Of a DNA stretch of 64,000 bases, positions 40,598 through 53,470 are shown piece after piece. Under the pieces are notes generated by a model. That model was not told the origin of the DNA. It made no database searches and saw nothing but the letters and a program-made list of their open reading frames with translations. The stretch is from Octopus sinensis. Its lineage: Eukaryota. Position 1 is the first letter of the stretch, and the number at the start of each line of letters is the position of its first letter. The stretch lies in assembly GCF_006345805.1 (NCBI RefSeq), contig NC_043001.1:115320001-115384000 (forward strand), given 5' to 3'. The translations under genes were made by a program, and so were the position numbers.

Positions 40598-40679
40598 AGA
40601 AACTTAGGAATGGGGTATGTGTGTGTGTCTGTGTGTGTGTGAGAGAGAGAGAGAATTAAGACATAATGATATTTGGTGG

Positions 40680-40925
40680 AGGAAAGGTTTATTGTTGTTG
40701 TTGTTGCTGCTGCCATTGTTGTTGTTCATTTTCTTCATCTTTTTCATCATCCTTTCCTTCCTCTTCTTTTCCTCTTCCTCGTCTTCTTCTTCTTCCTCGT
40801 TTTCTTCTTCTCCTTCGTCGTCTTCCTCTTCTTCTTCGTCTTTTTCTTCTTCTTAATCTTCTTCTTCTTCTTCTTCTTCTTCTTCTTCTTCTTCTTCTTC
40901 TTCCTGTTCTTCTTCCTTTTCTCCT
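40680..40925. repeat. Degenerate (GTT)/(CTT)n tract
   Basis: Directly visible. Confidence 0.9.
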
Positions 40926-41164
40926 TAGCCCATACAGAACACGTCTGTGATTGAAGTCGTCCCTGCCATGACTACGCCGTAGCGTTGTATATGCAGTACT
41001 TCCTAGCAGAATACCTCATTTATTTTATAAAAGATAAATGAGTGTGATCTGAAGGAAATAGGCTGCTGTTTCTAACAGATCAAATCAATAGAAAGGGACT
41101 CAATTTGTTGGCTCGAAAGGTTTTAGCAATTAATTATTTTATGTGTAATATTTAATTCCTTCTA

Positions 41165-41352
41165 CTACGAGCAGAAGGCCTGAAATTTGAGGAGAGGGAG
41201 CTAGTCGATTATATTCACCTCAGTACTCAGTTACGAAAAGGTGGAAGGTAAAGTTGACGTCGGCAATATACGAACTCAGAACGTAACGCCGGAAGAAAAG
41301 CTGTTAAACATTTTGTCCGGCGTGCAAACGATTTTGTCAGCTTGCCACCTTA
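41165..41352 (-). mobile_element. Degenerate family-D SINE
   Basis: gattttgtcagcttgccacctt head, cgaactcagaacg, ctagtcgatt. Confidence 0.7.
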
Positions 41353-42008
41353 GAGAGCAACATATGTTAATAGTGCAAAGTAATTAATACTGCATAACTA
41401 TTAAATGTTTAATTAGAGCGATATCAGAAATTACAAACTTGAAAAGGTTTAACAGTTTCTTGGAAGATTTCCTGATTACAATAGAAACTTGCATTCTATA
41501 GCCGTTACAAAGTGGTTCCGGGAATATTATATTTAAAAGAGTTAATTCATTGACAAAAGCCATTTCCAGTTGGGATATTTCTATTCATTCCATTGTGCGC
41601 AACCAACAATCTGCAGCAGTTGCAGCCTTCAGAACAGAAAATAGAAGAATAAAACTGTGATCTTGTCTTAGAAATTATAACAGCATATGGTAAGATGGTA
41701 AAAGGGAAGCAGAACTCCGTAGCAGATATAATAACAGATACCTTTATATGGTTCATATGAATGTGTTGCTTCATTGTAAGAAGCATCCGTCAAAATCGAA
41801 GATAAAACTCCGCATGCAAGAATAGATCTTATAAATGATGGTTGCCACCAAGGCTAGGTACATAGGATTTGTGCTTCGTGATAACATGATTTCGGGTTCG
41901 ATCTTGCAGTGTGGAAACTCGAGAAAGTATTTTCTACTGTACTTTCAGTAGTTTCAGGTTGGCCAATACTTTGGGGGTAAGGATTCGTTTACGGAAGTGT
42001 GTGTGTGT

Positions 42009-42045
<37 letters not shown>

Positions 42046-42225
42046 TATATATATATATACATATATTCATATACACTATACACACATATATACATTGTGT
42101 GTATATAGCTGAAGGAAAGTTATCTTTTATTAAACTTTTAATACTTTTGAATATATTTAAAATAATATAAATTAACTTTTTAAGTTTTCATTGTTTGATT
42201 TGCCTAATAGTGGTTTTATCTCTAA

Positions 42226-42284
<59 letters not shown>

Positions 42285-42550
42285 AGCCATGGCTGTGAGA
42301 AATTTCCAGGATATTTATAAGAACAAAGATATAGATATATTCTTACAGCTGTTTCAGATGTATGCGCACGGATATGCGTTTATGACTACATTTACGGATG
42401 TGCGTGAGCATGCATGTATACATATGTATGTATGTGCGTATGTATACACATGTATATATGTGTGTGCGTGTATATGTATAAATGCATGCACATGCACACA
42501 TGTATATGTTCGTATGTGCGCATATATATATATATCTACATACGTATATC

Positions 42551-42845
42551 ACCATGATCACTGTGACTGACCAGGCTATCAGATGTTGCTACACATCGCT
42601 GGTCACCATGCGCTTCGCATTGTTTTAGCCTTGAAATGACGCCACCCTGCTGGCTAAGCGAGCAGGCCAACAAAAGAAAGAGTGAGAGAAAGTTGTGGCG
42701 AAAGAGTACAGCGGGGATCGCCACCACCCCCTGCCGGAGCCTCGTAGAGCTTTAGGTGTTTTCGCTCAATAAACACTACCAACGCCCGGTCTGGGAATCG
42801 AAACCGCGAGTCCGCTACCCTAACCACCGGGCCATTTCGCCTCCA
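42551..42845 (-). mobile_element. Family-A SINE with a different 3' tail (type 2)
   Basis: Head and centre are nearly identical to 21311 up to ctttctctcactct. It then continues ggcctgctcgcttagccagc...gatgtgtagcaacatctgatagcctggtcagtcac. Confidence 0.85.
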
Positions 42846-43735
42846 CACATACATATATAAGATTCAAAAAGTGCCCAGAAGTACAGCAAAGGAATGCACA
42901 TAAATTTCACACACAAGACGTGGACATGCTTTTCTCTCATCCAAAAATCATTACAATTTCACGCCTTTAACAACAAAATTATTCATCTTTTGGTAGCACA
43001 AAATGCAAATGGTAGCACGTGAGCGAACGTAAATGACGGTAGCGAAAACAAACAAACAACAAATGTATTTGGTTCAAATATAAATATACACATACAAATA
43101 AAGGCCTTATATGGATGAGACAGCATTTAGATAAGACATGTGTAGAAGTAACGCTAAGGGAAAACGATTAGCTGTAGGACTTGAAAAGTAAAGTAGAGAG
43201 ATGGTAATATAAAGAATGTGAAAGGATGCAAGGAATAGAAAGAAAGATAGAACGAAAGGTGGAAAAAGGAAGACGAACCTAGGACTGAAGGTAAATGCGA
43301 AGGCAAGAGCCCACGGGAAGTATGACAGAACAGGTCAGCGGTCAAAGCCGAAAAGGAAGGCTGAAAAGGGAATTGGGGTATCACGTAGTACCGAAAAGGG
43401 AGGTAGTGAAGGGTAGAAAAAGAGGCCGTAGTAGAGGTGGAAGCTAAGTAAAGGGAGAAAGGATTCAGATACAAAGAGAGGCAGTAGACAGAAGAGATGA
43501 TAGAAAGAAAGGAATTAAAGAAGGGGTGCGCAAGAGAGAAGGAGGAAGAACAGTAGAATGAAAGGGGTAGAAAGAATATGCAACAGAGAGATAAGGTGAT
43601 GAAAGAGGAAAGGTAGACGGAAAGGAAAAAGGAGAAAAATGCGAGAAGGAAGGTGAGAGAGAGAAAGAGAAAAAGAAAGACATCGCACGAAATATTACCC
43701 ACAATACATATATACGCGTATATTATATATATATA

Positions 43736-44270
43736 CACAGACATGCAGGAAGTAAATAGACACCTTTAATCTTCAAAGTCTTTTATTTAATACGCAAAGC
43801 GAACAATTGAAATGTAATCAACAGGTAGGACTACATACTTTAGTATTTAGTTGACATTCCCTTTGCAGTTTTTAATTCAGAAACTTTTTTTGGCATTGAA
43901 CTGATGAGCTTTGTGATTGTCTCTTGTGGAATTTCTGCCCACTTTTCACGCAACAATCGAAACAATTCATCATTAGATTTAGGTTTCTGTCGAGTTTTTC
44001 ATACAGCTCTATCTAGTATGCTCTAAATATTTTCAATTGGGTTCATGTCAGGAGAATGACTCCGCCAAGGAAGCTTTTTGATCCCATTTTCAGTCCGCCA
44101 TTGTTGATTCCATTTCGCTGTGTGGATGAATATAGATGTAATATAACACGCAAAAAAATATAGTTGCTCCATAATGATTTTACTGGAGGGTCACACAAAC
44201 AGACCGTGATCTCTTTCGACCTTGCAGTTTTAGCATGCGACAAAAATTAAAGAAGCCAAAACGCATGTTA
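43736..44270 (-). mobile_element. Tc1-like transposon 3' remnant
   Basis: Minus strand GIKKLPWRSHSPDMNPIENI*SIL...LREKWAEIPQETITKLISSMPKKV...AKGMSTKY*. TIR-like end TA|cacagacatgcaggaagtaaatagacacc at 43734. Confidence 0.85.
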
Positions 44271-44324
44271 CCATGCTTGCGAGTGACGGGTGTGCTACAT
44301 ATAACTCATATATATAGAGAGAGA

Positions 44325-44499
44325 GACGTAGGAGTGGCTGTGTGGTGAGTAGCTTGCTTACTAACCACATGGTTCCGGGTTCTGTTCCACTGCGTGGCAC
44401 CTTGGGCAAGTGTCTTCTACTATAGCCTCGGGTCGACCAAAGCCTTGTGAGTGGATTTGGTAGACGGAAACTGAAAGAAGCCCGTCGTATATATGTATA

Positions 44500-44535
<36 letters not shown>

Positions 44536-44768
44536 TGTATGTATGTGTGTGTATGTATATGTTTGTGTTTGTGTTTGTCCCCCCTCTCCAACATCGCTTG
44601 ACAACCGATGCTAGTGTGTTTGCATCCCCGTAACTTAGCGGTTCGGCAAAAGAGGCCGATAGAATAAGTACTAGTCTTACAAAGAATAAGTCCTGGGGTC
44701 GATTTGCTCGACTAAAGGCAGTGCTCCAGCATAGCCACAGTCATATGACTGAAACAAGTAAAAGAGTA
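44325..44768 (+). mobile_element. Full-length family-C SINE
   Basis: Same architecture as 37904, with an internal (TATG)n. Confidence 0.9.
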
Positions 44769-44817
44769 AAAAAAATATATATATATATATATATAAATAT
44801 ATTTCTATATATAACTT

Positions 44818-45025
44818 TCTCTCACTCTTTCTTCCCGTTTCTGTTGTATCTGTATTTCAAATGGATAACCTTGTCACCTCTGTGTCACGCTGAATCTCCC
44901 CGAGAACTACGTTAAGGGTACACGTGTCTGTGGAGTGCTCAGCCACTTGCACGTTAATTTCACGAGCAGGCTGTTCCGTTTATCGAATCAACTTGAACCC
45001 TTGTCGTTGTAAGTGACGGAGTGCC
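44818..45025 (+). mobile_element. 5'-truncated family-A SINE (tail type 1)
   Basis: ctctgtgtcacgctgaatctccccgagaactacgttaagggtacacgtgtctgtggagtgctc...gacggagtgcc. Confidence 0.85.
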
Positions 45026-45064
45026 ACAACAATATGTGTGTGAGTGTGTGTGTGTGTGTGTGTG

Positions 45065-45110
<46 letters not shown>

Positions 45111-45380
45111 GCGTGTGTGTGTGTGTGCGGTGTGTGTTAACATCGAAGTAAAAGTGATGAAGAGTATTCTCCGAGCGAAGTTCTTTGAAGTAATTTTCTG
45201 TTCTCCAATGAGTACACATGTTCTGTTACCGTTTCTCGCCATCATGCTAAGGCAGTGAACTAATGACTGACTTGTTCGAAACCCGTAACCCGTAACCAGC
45301 GATGACCTTGCTTCCTAAATACAATTTTTTAAAAATCAAAAAAAATCGGTAAATAGATAGATAAATAAATAAGTACATTC

Positions 45381-45812
45381 GGATCTTTTCGGTTTGAACG
45401 GCAGTTTTTTCTAGCGGTAGCATATGAAATTGTCACCCATAATTATGACCCTAGTATCAATCTATTGCATTTCAATCTGTTTTAGGGTTAGGGTTAGTTA
45501 GGGTTAGGGTTAGGGGTGGGGGGAAGGGTATCTTTGTTCTTCATAAATGTAAATAAACCCAATCTGTTTCTTAAACGGGAGACATATTCATACGGCACAG
45601 AATGTTTTCACCTCAATAGACGGTCATTGATTGGTTGAAATTGACGAAATGCAAGAAATTAAAGACCAAATATCTTACAAACCATAGAATTTTCTCAATA
45701 AAGCCAAGAGAAAAAGATGTTTTATAAACACATTCTACCAATATACGAAGTTTAAAATTTTTTAGTTAACTAGAAATTATGTTAAAATCTGCCGTTCAAA
45801 CCGAAAAGATCC
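45381..45812. mobile_element. 432-bp MITE with GG-initiated TIRs and 8-bp TSD (Merlin-type), containing TTAGGG repeats
   Basis: GTACATTC|ggatcttttcggtttgaacggcag ... ctgccgttcaaaccgaaaagatcc|GTACATTC. TIRs are perfect over about 23 bp. TTAGGG-like cluster at about 45482-45528. Confidence 0.85.
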
Positions 45813-46299
45813 GTACATTCTATTACATCAGAATCTGTGCTACATCTATGAGAATATATAGAACCGTGATATTCTTGTGAGGAACACCTGTCAATACCAA
45901 GATACAAAAACCAAACATACCTGCGTGCAGGATCCTTTGTTATAATTTGAGGAATTAGGTATGTCTCTTTCTAAAAGAAATATCTAACGGAGTTTTCCTT
46001 GAGAAGTATCGCTGAAGATATCCTGAGTAAGAAAGCTCAAAAGATATTTCCACAACAGTTCTGCTTTATAACAAGAGAACACACATTCGCTACAACCAGC
46101 TCTAGTCTTATTTATTTAAATATACAAATATATACATACGTACATGCAGGCACAAATACATACTTACAGACACACATATACATACATACACACGCTCACA
46201 CACACAGATATATATATATATATGTAAACATATATATATATATATACACATACATATACATATGTATACATATGTGTATGTGTTTGTGTAGATGTATAT

Positions 46300-46332
<33 letters not shown>

Positions 46333-47265
46333 CATACATACAAATCATCTTTTCATGTAATTCGTTCTCTACTCTCTATTTGTGTGTGTATATGTATGAA
46401 TGTATGTAGTATGTACATATATACATATATGTGTGTGTGTCTGTGTATGCACATAGGTACACACACATATATGTGTGTGAGCTATATATCTCAGCTGTGT
46501 GTATATGTGTGTATGTGTATATGTGTGTGTGTAAGCACACGGGAAAAGAGAGTAATAAGCTTATATACCTGTGTGCATGTGTGTGTGTATATGTATATGT
46601 ATAAACACATAGGTATAGATGTAAACGTGCGTACGTGAGTCGTTGTGGCGGTAGATATGTTTCAGGACCTGTATGTGTATGTATGTATGTATGTATGTAT
46701 GTATGTATGTATGTATGTATGTATGTATGTATGTATGTATTATATATATGTGTATGTGTGTGTGTGTGGTGTGTGAGTGTGTTTCAGTTGCTGTGTGTGC
46801 TTTACATTCGCATATGTCGACATACTAAGCCATAATAAGTGCAAACGCTGTAATATCAAAAGAGCGCAGTGCTTTTCTAAATAGATAGCTTTATTTGGGA
46901 CACCAAAGAATGAAGGGTCGGCCAAATAAACTCAATTACCTAACTTACAAATTGCTCTTTAGACTTGATCGACAGCTTGCCATTGAGAATAATTCCAATT
47001 TGAACCGGAATTACTCGGATTGTCACATTGATATACTTTGAAAGAAGTCGAGTGGAATGATGACTATATATTTAGGTATCTGTGTGCGTGTATGTGTGTG
47101 CGTATATATAAATATATATGTGTGTATGTATGCATATATATGTATATATATATCTGTACACATGTATATATACTGGCATATATACTCAGTTGTATATACA
47201 CCTACATATAAATAAAATATACACAGACACATAAGTAGGTATATATATATATGTGTATATATATG

Positions 47266-47296
<31 letters not shown>

Positions 47297-47461
47297 CATA
47301 CATACATATACACACACACATATACTCACACATATATGTGTATACGTGTATAAGTGTGTTTGTATGTGTGTGTGCGTTTGTATGTGTTTATAAGTTTCTA
47401 TGTGCTTATGTGTGTGTGCGTGTGAGTGAGTGTGTGTATGTTTGTCTGTGTCTCTGTGTGT

Positions 47462-47494
<33 letters not shown>

Positions 47495-48156
47495 ATGTGT
47501 GTGTGTACGTAGAAAATGCATGCGCTTTGTCTACGCATTATAAGATTACTCCTCCGATCTAAGTCATTTAGCGATGTGTGTGTTGTTCGTACAGGATGTG
47601 CGGCCATTGGCTTTAACAATAGAAAAAGATTATTGCTTGTTATGAAGTATTTTTCGACGAACTGTTATATGTTTCTTGTGAGGTAAATTTTGTCATTTTG
47701 TGTTGGTTGGTTCCCTTCAAAACTGGATTCTTCAAATAATCAAAATGAAGATTTCTTTGTTTTCTTTACTTTCTCGTCGTTATTCGGTGTATTTTATTTT
47801 TCCATATCCTGTTCTTTGTGTTCTAAAGGTAACTGAAATATGTTAGGTTTATTATCCGATAGCCAAAGTATGGTATAACAAAGAATTCACATGCCTTCTT
47901 CAAAAGATGAAATTTATAATGGAACAGAACAACGAATTAAAGGAATTTGGTTTTGGATATAACCTCTGTTATATTGTAGTTGAATGAATAAAAGGCTTCC
48001 GTAGAGTAAAACCGTATTTCAAATTTTCCGTACAAAGGAAAAAATGCTGATGCCTCTTGAAATAGGAACTGTTGGCTGAGATTATCCTACCATTTCTATA
48101 TAACACACATGTAAACGCATACAAGTGTGTGAATACATACATACAGCTAGATAGAT

Positions 48157-48223
<67 letters not shown>

Positions 48224-48234
48224 CAGACAGATAT

Positions 48235-48315
<81 letters not shown>

Positions 48316-48329
48316 CATACGTATATATG

Positions 48330-48370
<41 letters not shown>

Positions 48371-48659
48371 GAAAGAGATTGTATACATATATATATATAA
48401 ATACATATAGATGTATGTGTGTGTGAAAATATATATTATGTATAATACATTAAATATGTATAGACATAGATATACATATATACCCATATACTTACACGTG
48501 CACACACATACACACACATTGTTGTTTAAGAATTCATAAGTCAGAAGAAGCAGACAATCGTATTGAGAATCGTCGAAAGAGTGGGTATATTAATTCTTAT
48601 ACCATACAGAATTATAAATCTCTTTCAGTCGATTTTACCAATTGGTTTCAAATACGAGT

Positions 48660-49470
48660 TAGGTTATAACTTAAGACGGCGCTCGTCAGTACAGCTGGTG
48701 TGAAAGGTTATGTGCTACTGAAGGTCAGCAAGGCTTACATCCAGTTTGTAGTTCTTGTGAAATAAAAAATTTAAAAAAATAGCGAAAACCTCGTAGAAGT
48801 TCGCAGGGAAATTCATCAAGAGTTCTAATCTATACTCTGAATTCTCTTAGGCTCAAACTCCCAATTGAAAGCAATCTGAGAGACTGATATCCTTGACGTG
48901 ACCTTAAATTTAGAATCTTGTGTTTCTATGCTCCTAAGAAAGCTGAATAAGAAACTAACATACATTAATGCAGATTCCTGTCATCTAGCTATTCTGTGCA
49001 GGAACCTAGTATAAGGAAAATAGTAGGTGGGTTCATGCTTCAAATAGAGGCAAAGGTCTTTATGCAGAGCAAACATCACGTCGTCTTAACAGCCAGTTCA
49101 AAACAGAGACGTTCATATGTGAGGCAGAAGTGATATAAAAGAACCCCAGCAGGCAGAAGGACATGCAGAAATGTGTGGACAAAATAGAAGGTTACTTCAG
49201 GACCAGATTTAGCAACCATAAGTACTCCTTTATCATCCAGATTAGGCGAAATGTCACAGCCCTCGCAAAGCATGTACGGTGGTTGAAGAAAAATGCCATA
49301 GATGGCATCGAGTGGAAAGTACTAAAGAGATGCAAACATTACTTTAAAAGCAGTAGGAGATACAGGCTATGCCTGGCGGAGAAAATAACTATGCTAAAGG
49401 ACTCACCCAAAACTGCAAAAGTGAGGTTTCTGTTCATGTCCACATGAAAGGAAATATGCAATTGCGGACT
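48660..49470 (+). mobile_element. Penelope-like element remnant (RT C-terminus + GIY-YIG), internally deleted
   Basis: LKLPIESNL..ILDVTLNL...LTYINADSCH, then EGYFRTRFSNHKYSF...TALAKHVRWLK...IEWKVLKRCKHY..SSRRYRLCLAEK. Confidence 0.8.
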
Positions 49471-50160
49471 ACATCATGATTATCGATATTAGAGTTTCCA
49501 CCCTCAAATTTACCCCCACCGCAACCAAATTTGGATATTCATATATATATGCATATACACACATGGTTATAAAATTGGATAGCCATCCTATTCCCCTTTC
49601 CCTTTCACCCTTGGATTCATATCAACTCCACAGCAATTGCACCCAGACCCAACTTTGCAGGCAGTCAATTCTCACACTGTGAAGAAAATCTGGATTTTTG
49701 TGCGAGGGGCTTAACTCTATGAATTCCCCTTTCTTTCACGGAGTTTTCGTTCCTTATTTTTTAACAGTACCCACAAACTGGATATGACGATTGTGTGTAT
49801 ATGAGAGTGCATGTGTATACGTTTGCATATACGTATCAACATATATATATATAAGCAAATACATACAAATATGTGTGTGTGTGTGTGAATATATATACGA
49901 ATGAATGGACAGACGAAAGAAGGGTACTTAAAACATTTAATGTATGGATCAAATTGTTTTGATATATATATAGATATATATATATAGATATAGTTCCATA
50001 TATAGATATAGATAGATTGAATCTTTATGCATTTATACAGTTAGGAAATTTTACAAATACACTCTCTCAGGGATATATGATATACCTATTATAATGGGTA
50101 ATGCTACATGTATTTTTCATATTTTTTATTGTGTGATGTAACTCTTTGGAATAACAATGT

Positions 50161-50255
50161 TTGCGGCTGAAGAGAGCTTTAAACCATCTTTTATATCAAT
50201 AATACACTAACGTAAGAACGGATTGTTTATAAAGCTTGAAACACGTGTACCGCGA
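50161..50255 (+). ncRNA. Type-I hammerhead ribozyme with intact core and a 64-nt stem II domain
   Basis: Stem I ttgcgg/ccgcga, CTGAAGA (50167-50173), stem II gagctttaaac/gttt(at)aaagctt, GAAA (50238-50241), palindromic CACGTG stem III, GUA cleavage triplet (50247-50249). Confidence 0.75.
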
Positions 50256-50289
50256 TATCCTTTGTTTTCTGTTTTTAATTTTATTTGAT

Positions 50290-50367
<78 letters not shown>

Positions 50368-50963
50368 TGATTTATGGATAGGCAAATAGATACATAAACA
50401 ATTATATACATATATTGGACTATATCGATCTATACTCACAATTCATATCGTGTGTATTTTAAAATCTCTATCTTCCTCTCTCTCTCTCTCTATTTTTCTT
50501 TTTCTGTCTCTCTTTATATACATATCTATATATATATAGAGAGAGAGAGGGAGGGAGGGAGGGAGAGAGAGAGATAAAGACAAACAGATACACAGACACA
50601 GTGACAGACAGACAGACGGGCAGACAGAGGAAGGAATCAATAACGTACATGCAGCGTGTGCTGTGGGGTATTCCTTTTATCAGCTGTCGACAGGAGATCA
50701 ATACGATTTTGGCACTTCCGGGAGACAATATATGCATGCATATATGTGTGAGTATGAGTGTGCGTGCGATTGTGAGTGTAGGCGTGTGACTAAGTGTGTG
50801 TGAGTGAATTAAGAAATCATACAACATTTTAGATATATTCTGTTCCATACACGTATCTTCCTCTGCATGTTCCTATGTATATAAGTAAGAATGTAAGAAT
50901 GTTTATATGTATATGTGTATATGAATACACAAACATACACATACCTACACAGAGAATATCATA

Positions 50964-51002
<39 letters not shown>

Positions 51003-51456
51003 GCACACATATATATATACATATATGTACACGTACGTGTATATGCTGATAGATAGACAGGTAGACATACAGACAGATAAACAGACAGGCAGGCAGACAG
51101 ACAGGATGACAGACAGACAGATATATAGATAGATATAATTTTCTACAGCTGTACGCATGTGCAAATATGTGATGTGTGCTTTTATGTGCGTTTTTATATA
51201 TGTGTAGTGTGTGTGTTGTGTGTTTTGTGTATGTATGTGTACGTATGCATGAATATGAATATACACAAACCCACAGATGTATATATTAGAATTATATATA
51301 CATAAAGTCACTCATCTATGCATGTATATGTGTGTATATGTATACATAAATATAGAACATAATTGCACAAGTATATACTCATATTATACATATCATATTT
51401 TTACATATATGATACATACGCCTTTATACACGTATACACACACATATACATGTATG

Positions 51457-51512
<56 letters not shown>

Positions 51513-51879
51513 CATATGCATATACCTATATACAAATATGTGTAGATGCAGCTTCTTACAAAAACGTTCGTACGCCTTGAGTTAAGACAACGTTTGGGCA
51601 GGTGTTGTAGATGTGTTCAGATGAAAACTAATAGAATAAAGAAGACGAAGAAGAAGAAGATGAAGAAGAGAACGAAGACGAAGACGAAGAAGAAGACGAA
51701 GCATTAAAAAAATGCAAGCAGCAAGTTCTTTCTCTGAAGTGAATTCTGACGATAGTTTTCTTCTTGTTGTTTCTTTTCTTTTCTTTGGATTTTTGTGTTG
51801 CTTTATTTTTGTGTATTTTCCACAAAGATGTAAGGAAGTCAAACGAGGAAAGATGAAAGACTATTGCTAGGTTCAAAAG

Positions 51880-51937
51880 GTTTTTAGTCTTGTTACCTTC
51901 TCTGCTGTTCTTTCTAGTAGTAGTAGTAGTAGTAGTT

Positions 51938-51968
<31 letters not shown>

Positions 51969-52545
51969 CAGCAGGAGATGGTGTTGGTTGTAGGGGTGTT
52001 GATGGTAGTTGTTGTCGTCATGGAGTTTCTGGCAGTGGTGTCGCTTATGTTGTTGTCATTGCTCTATATGGTGGGTAGGATTTTATGATGTAGAAATAGT
52101 GGTGGTGTGGGTGGTAGTGGCTGTTATGGTGGTGGTGTGGGTGGTAGTGATTGTTATGGTCTTGGTGATTGTAGAGATGGACGTTGTTATGGACGTTCTT
52201 GTAATGTTTGTAATGGTGTTGCCAATTTTGTTTGGTGTTGGTGATAGTGGTAGTGGTAGTAGTAATTATAGCGGTAGTGGTAGAGATGGTAGCTGTGTCG
52301 TTAGTGTTCATAATGGGTGTAGTGTTAATGATGATAAAACGGTAGTGCTAGTTTGGGTGGTAGTGTTAATGGTTGCAGTATTTAGGTGGGAGTTGTTGTA
52401 CTGAGTGCAGCGAGGTTTGTGGTGGCGATATTTATGTTGTTATTGTTTTTGTTGTTGTTCGTGGTGGTACGTAGCGGTTGGTGGTGGTGTGATGGTGGTG
52501 GTGTGGTGGTGGTGGTGGTGGTGGTGGTGGTGGTGTCTCGAAATG
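51880..52545. repeat. Degenerate (GTA)/(GGT)/(TGT) trinucleotide tract
   Basis: Directly visible. It produces the Val-rich and Thr/His-rich artefact ORFs. Confidence 0.9.
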
Positions 52546-52648
52546 GTATTACCAGAAATAGTCTATGGTTATCACAGTACTATGATATTTACTGAGATTC
52601 TACGTGAGTATCAAATTTCTGTTCAGAATATATACATCCATACATATA

Positions 52649-52688
<40 letters not shown>

Positions 52689-52748
52689 TAATATATATAT
52701 ATATATTATATATATATATATAATATTATATATATACATACATATATA

Positions 52749-52938
52749 TATTTCTTTACTACCCACAAGGGGCTAAACATAGAGGGGACAAACAAAGGGA
52801 TTAAGTCGATTATATCGACCCCAGTGCGTACTGGTACTTAATTTATCGACCTTGGCGGAATTTGAACCCAGAACACGTGACAGCAGACGAAATACGGCTA
52901 CGCATTCGCCCTGCGTGCTAACGATTCTGCCAGCTCGC

Positions 52939-52940
<2 letters not shown>
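52749..52940 (-). mobile_element. Family-D SINE with internal deletion, inserted in (TA)n
   Basis: Head gattctgccagctcgccg, tail tttctttactacccacaaggggctaaac. Confidence 0.85.
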
Positions 52941-52988
<48 letters not shown>

Positions 52989-53425
52989 TATATATATATC
53001 GTAGATAACTTGGAGAATTCGGAACGAAACGTTTTTGTAGCTCACGTGGTAAATTTTGGGGGGAAATATGAATTCGCATGTCGGCATAGGTGTAGGAATG
53101 CTAGCAGTTCCGTTAGGCCGTCCGATGTCGCAGATCGTACTGGTGTAACGGGTAAGTTTTTTTCCCCTAGCATTTCTAGATCTATAGGAAATATTATATT
53201 GACAAGGAAATGAACCTTCGGTTCTAATCCAGAAACGAGTCGTCTATAATTAATCCACAGGCTGGGTTTTCGTTATTTTCTGCCTTTTTTGCCATACACA
53301 GCTTACAAATTCTGTTTGTTTGTGGAGACTTTTTACTAGTAGAGGAAATAGTGACCAATTTTGACTGCTATTTCTAATATTTTCGGTATGTGGTTTTGAG
53401 CAACTTGTTGCATTTAACCCTTAAT

Positions 53426-53466
<41 letters not shown>

Positions 53467-53470
<4 letters not shown>

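Noticed and set aside
43154-43744. 196-aa minus-strand ORF
   Set aside because: Derives from a polypurine low-complexity tract (Phe/Leu/Ser-rich artefact).
53041-53151. Candidate 111-nt phase-symmetric exon (tttttgtag ... cgg|gtaagt; AHVVNFGGKYEFACRHRC...)
   Set aside because: Splice signals are plausible, but there is no recognisable homology or partner exon; it needs RNA-seq.
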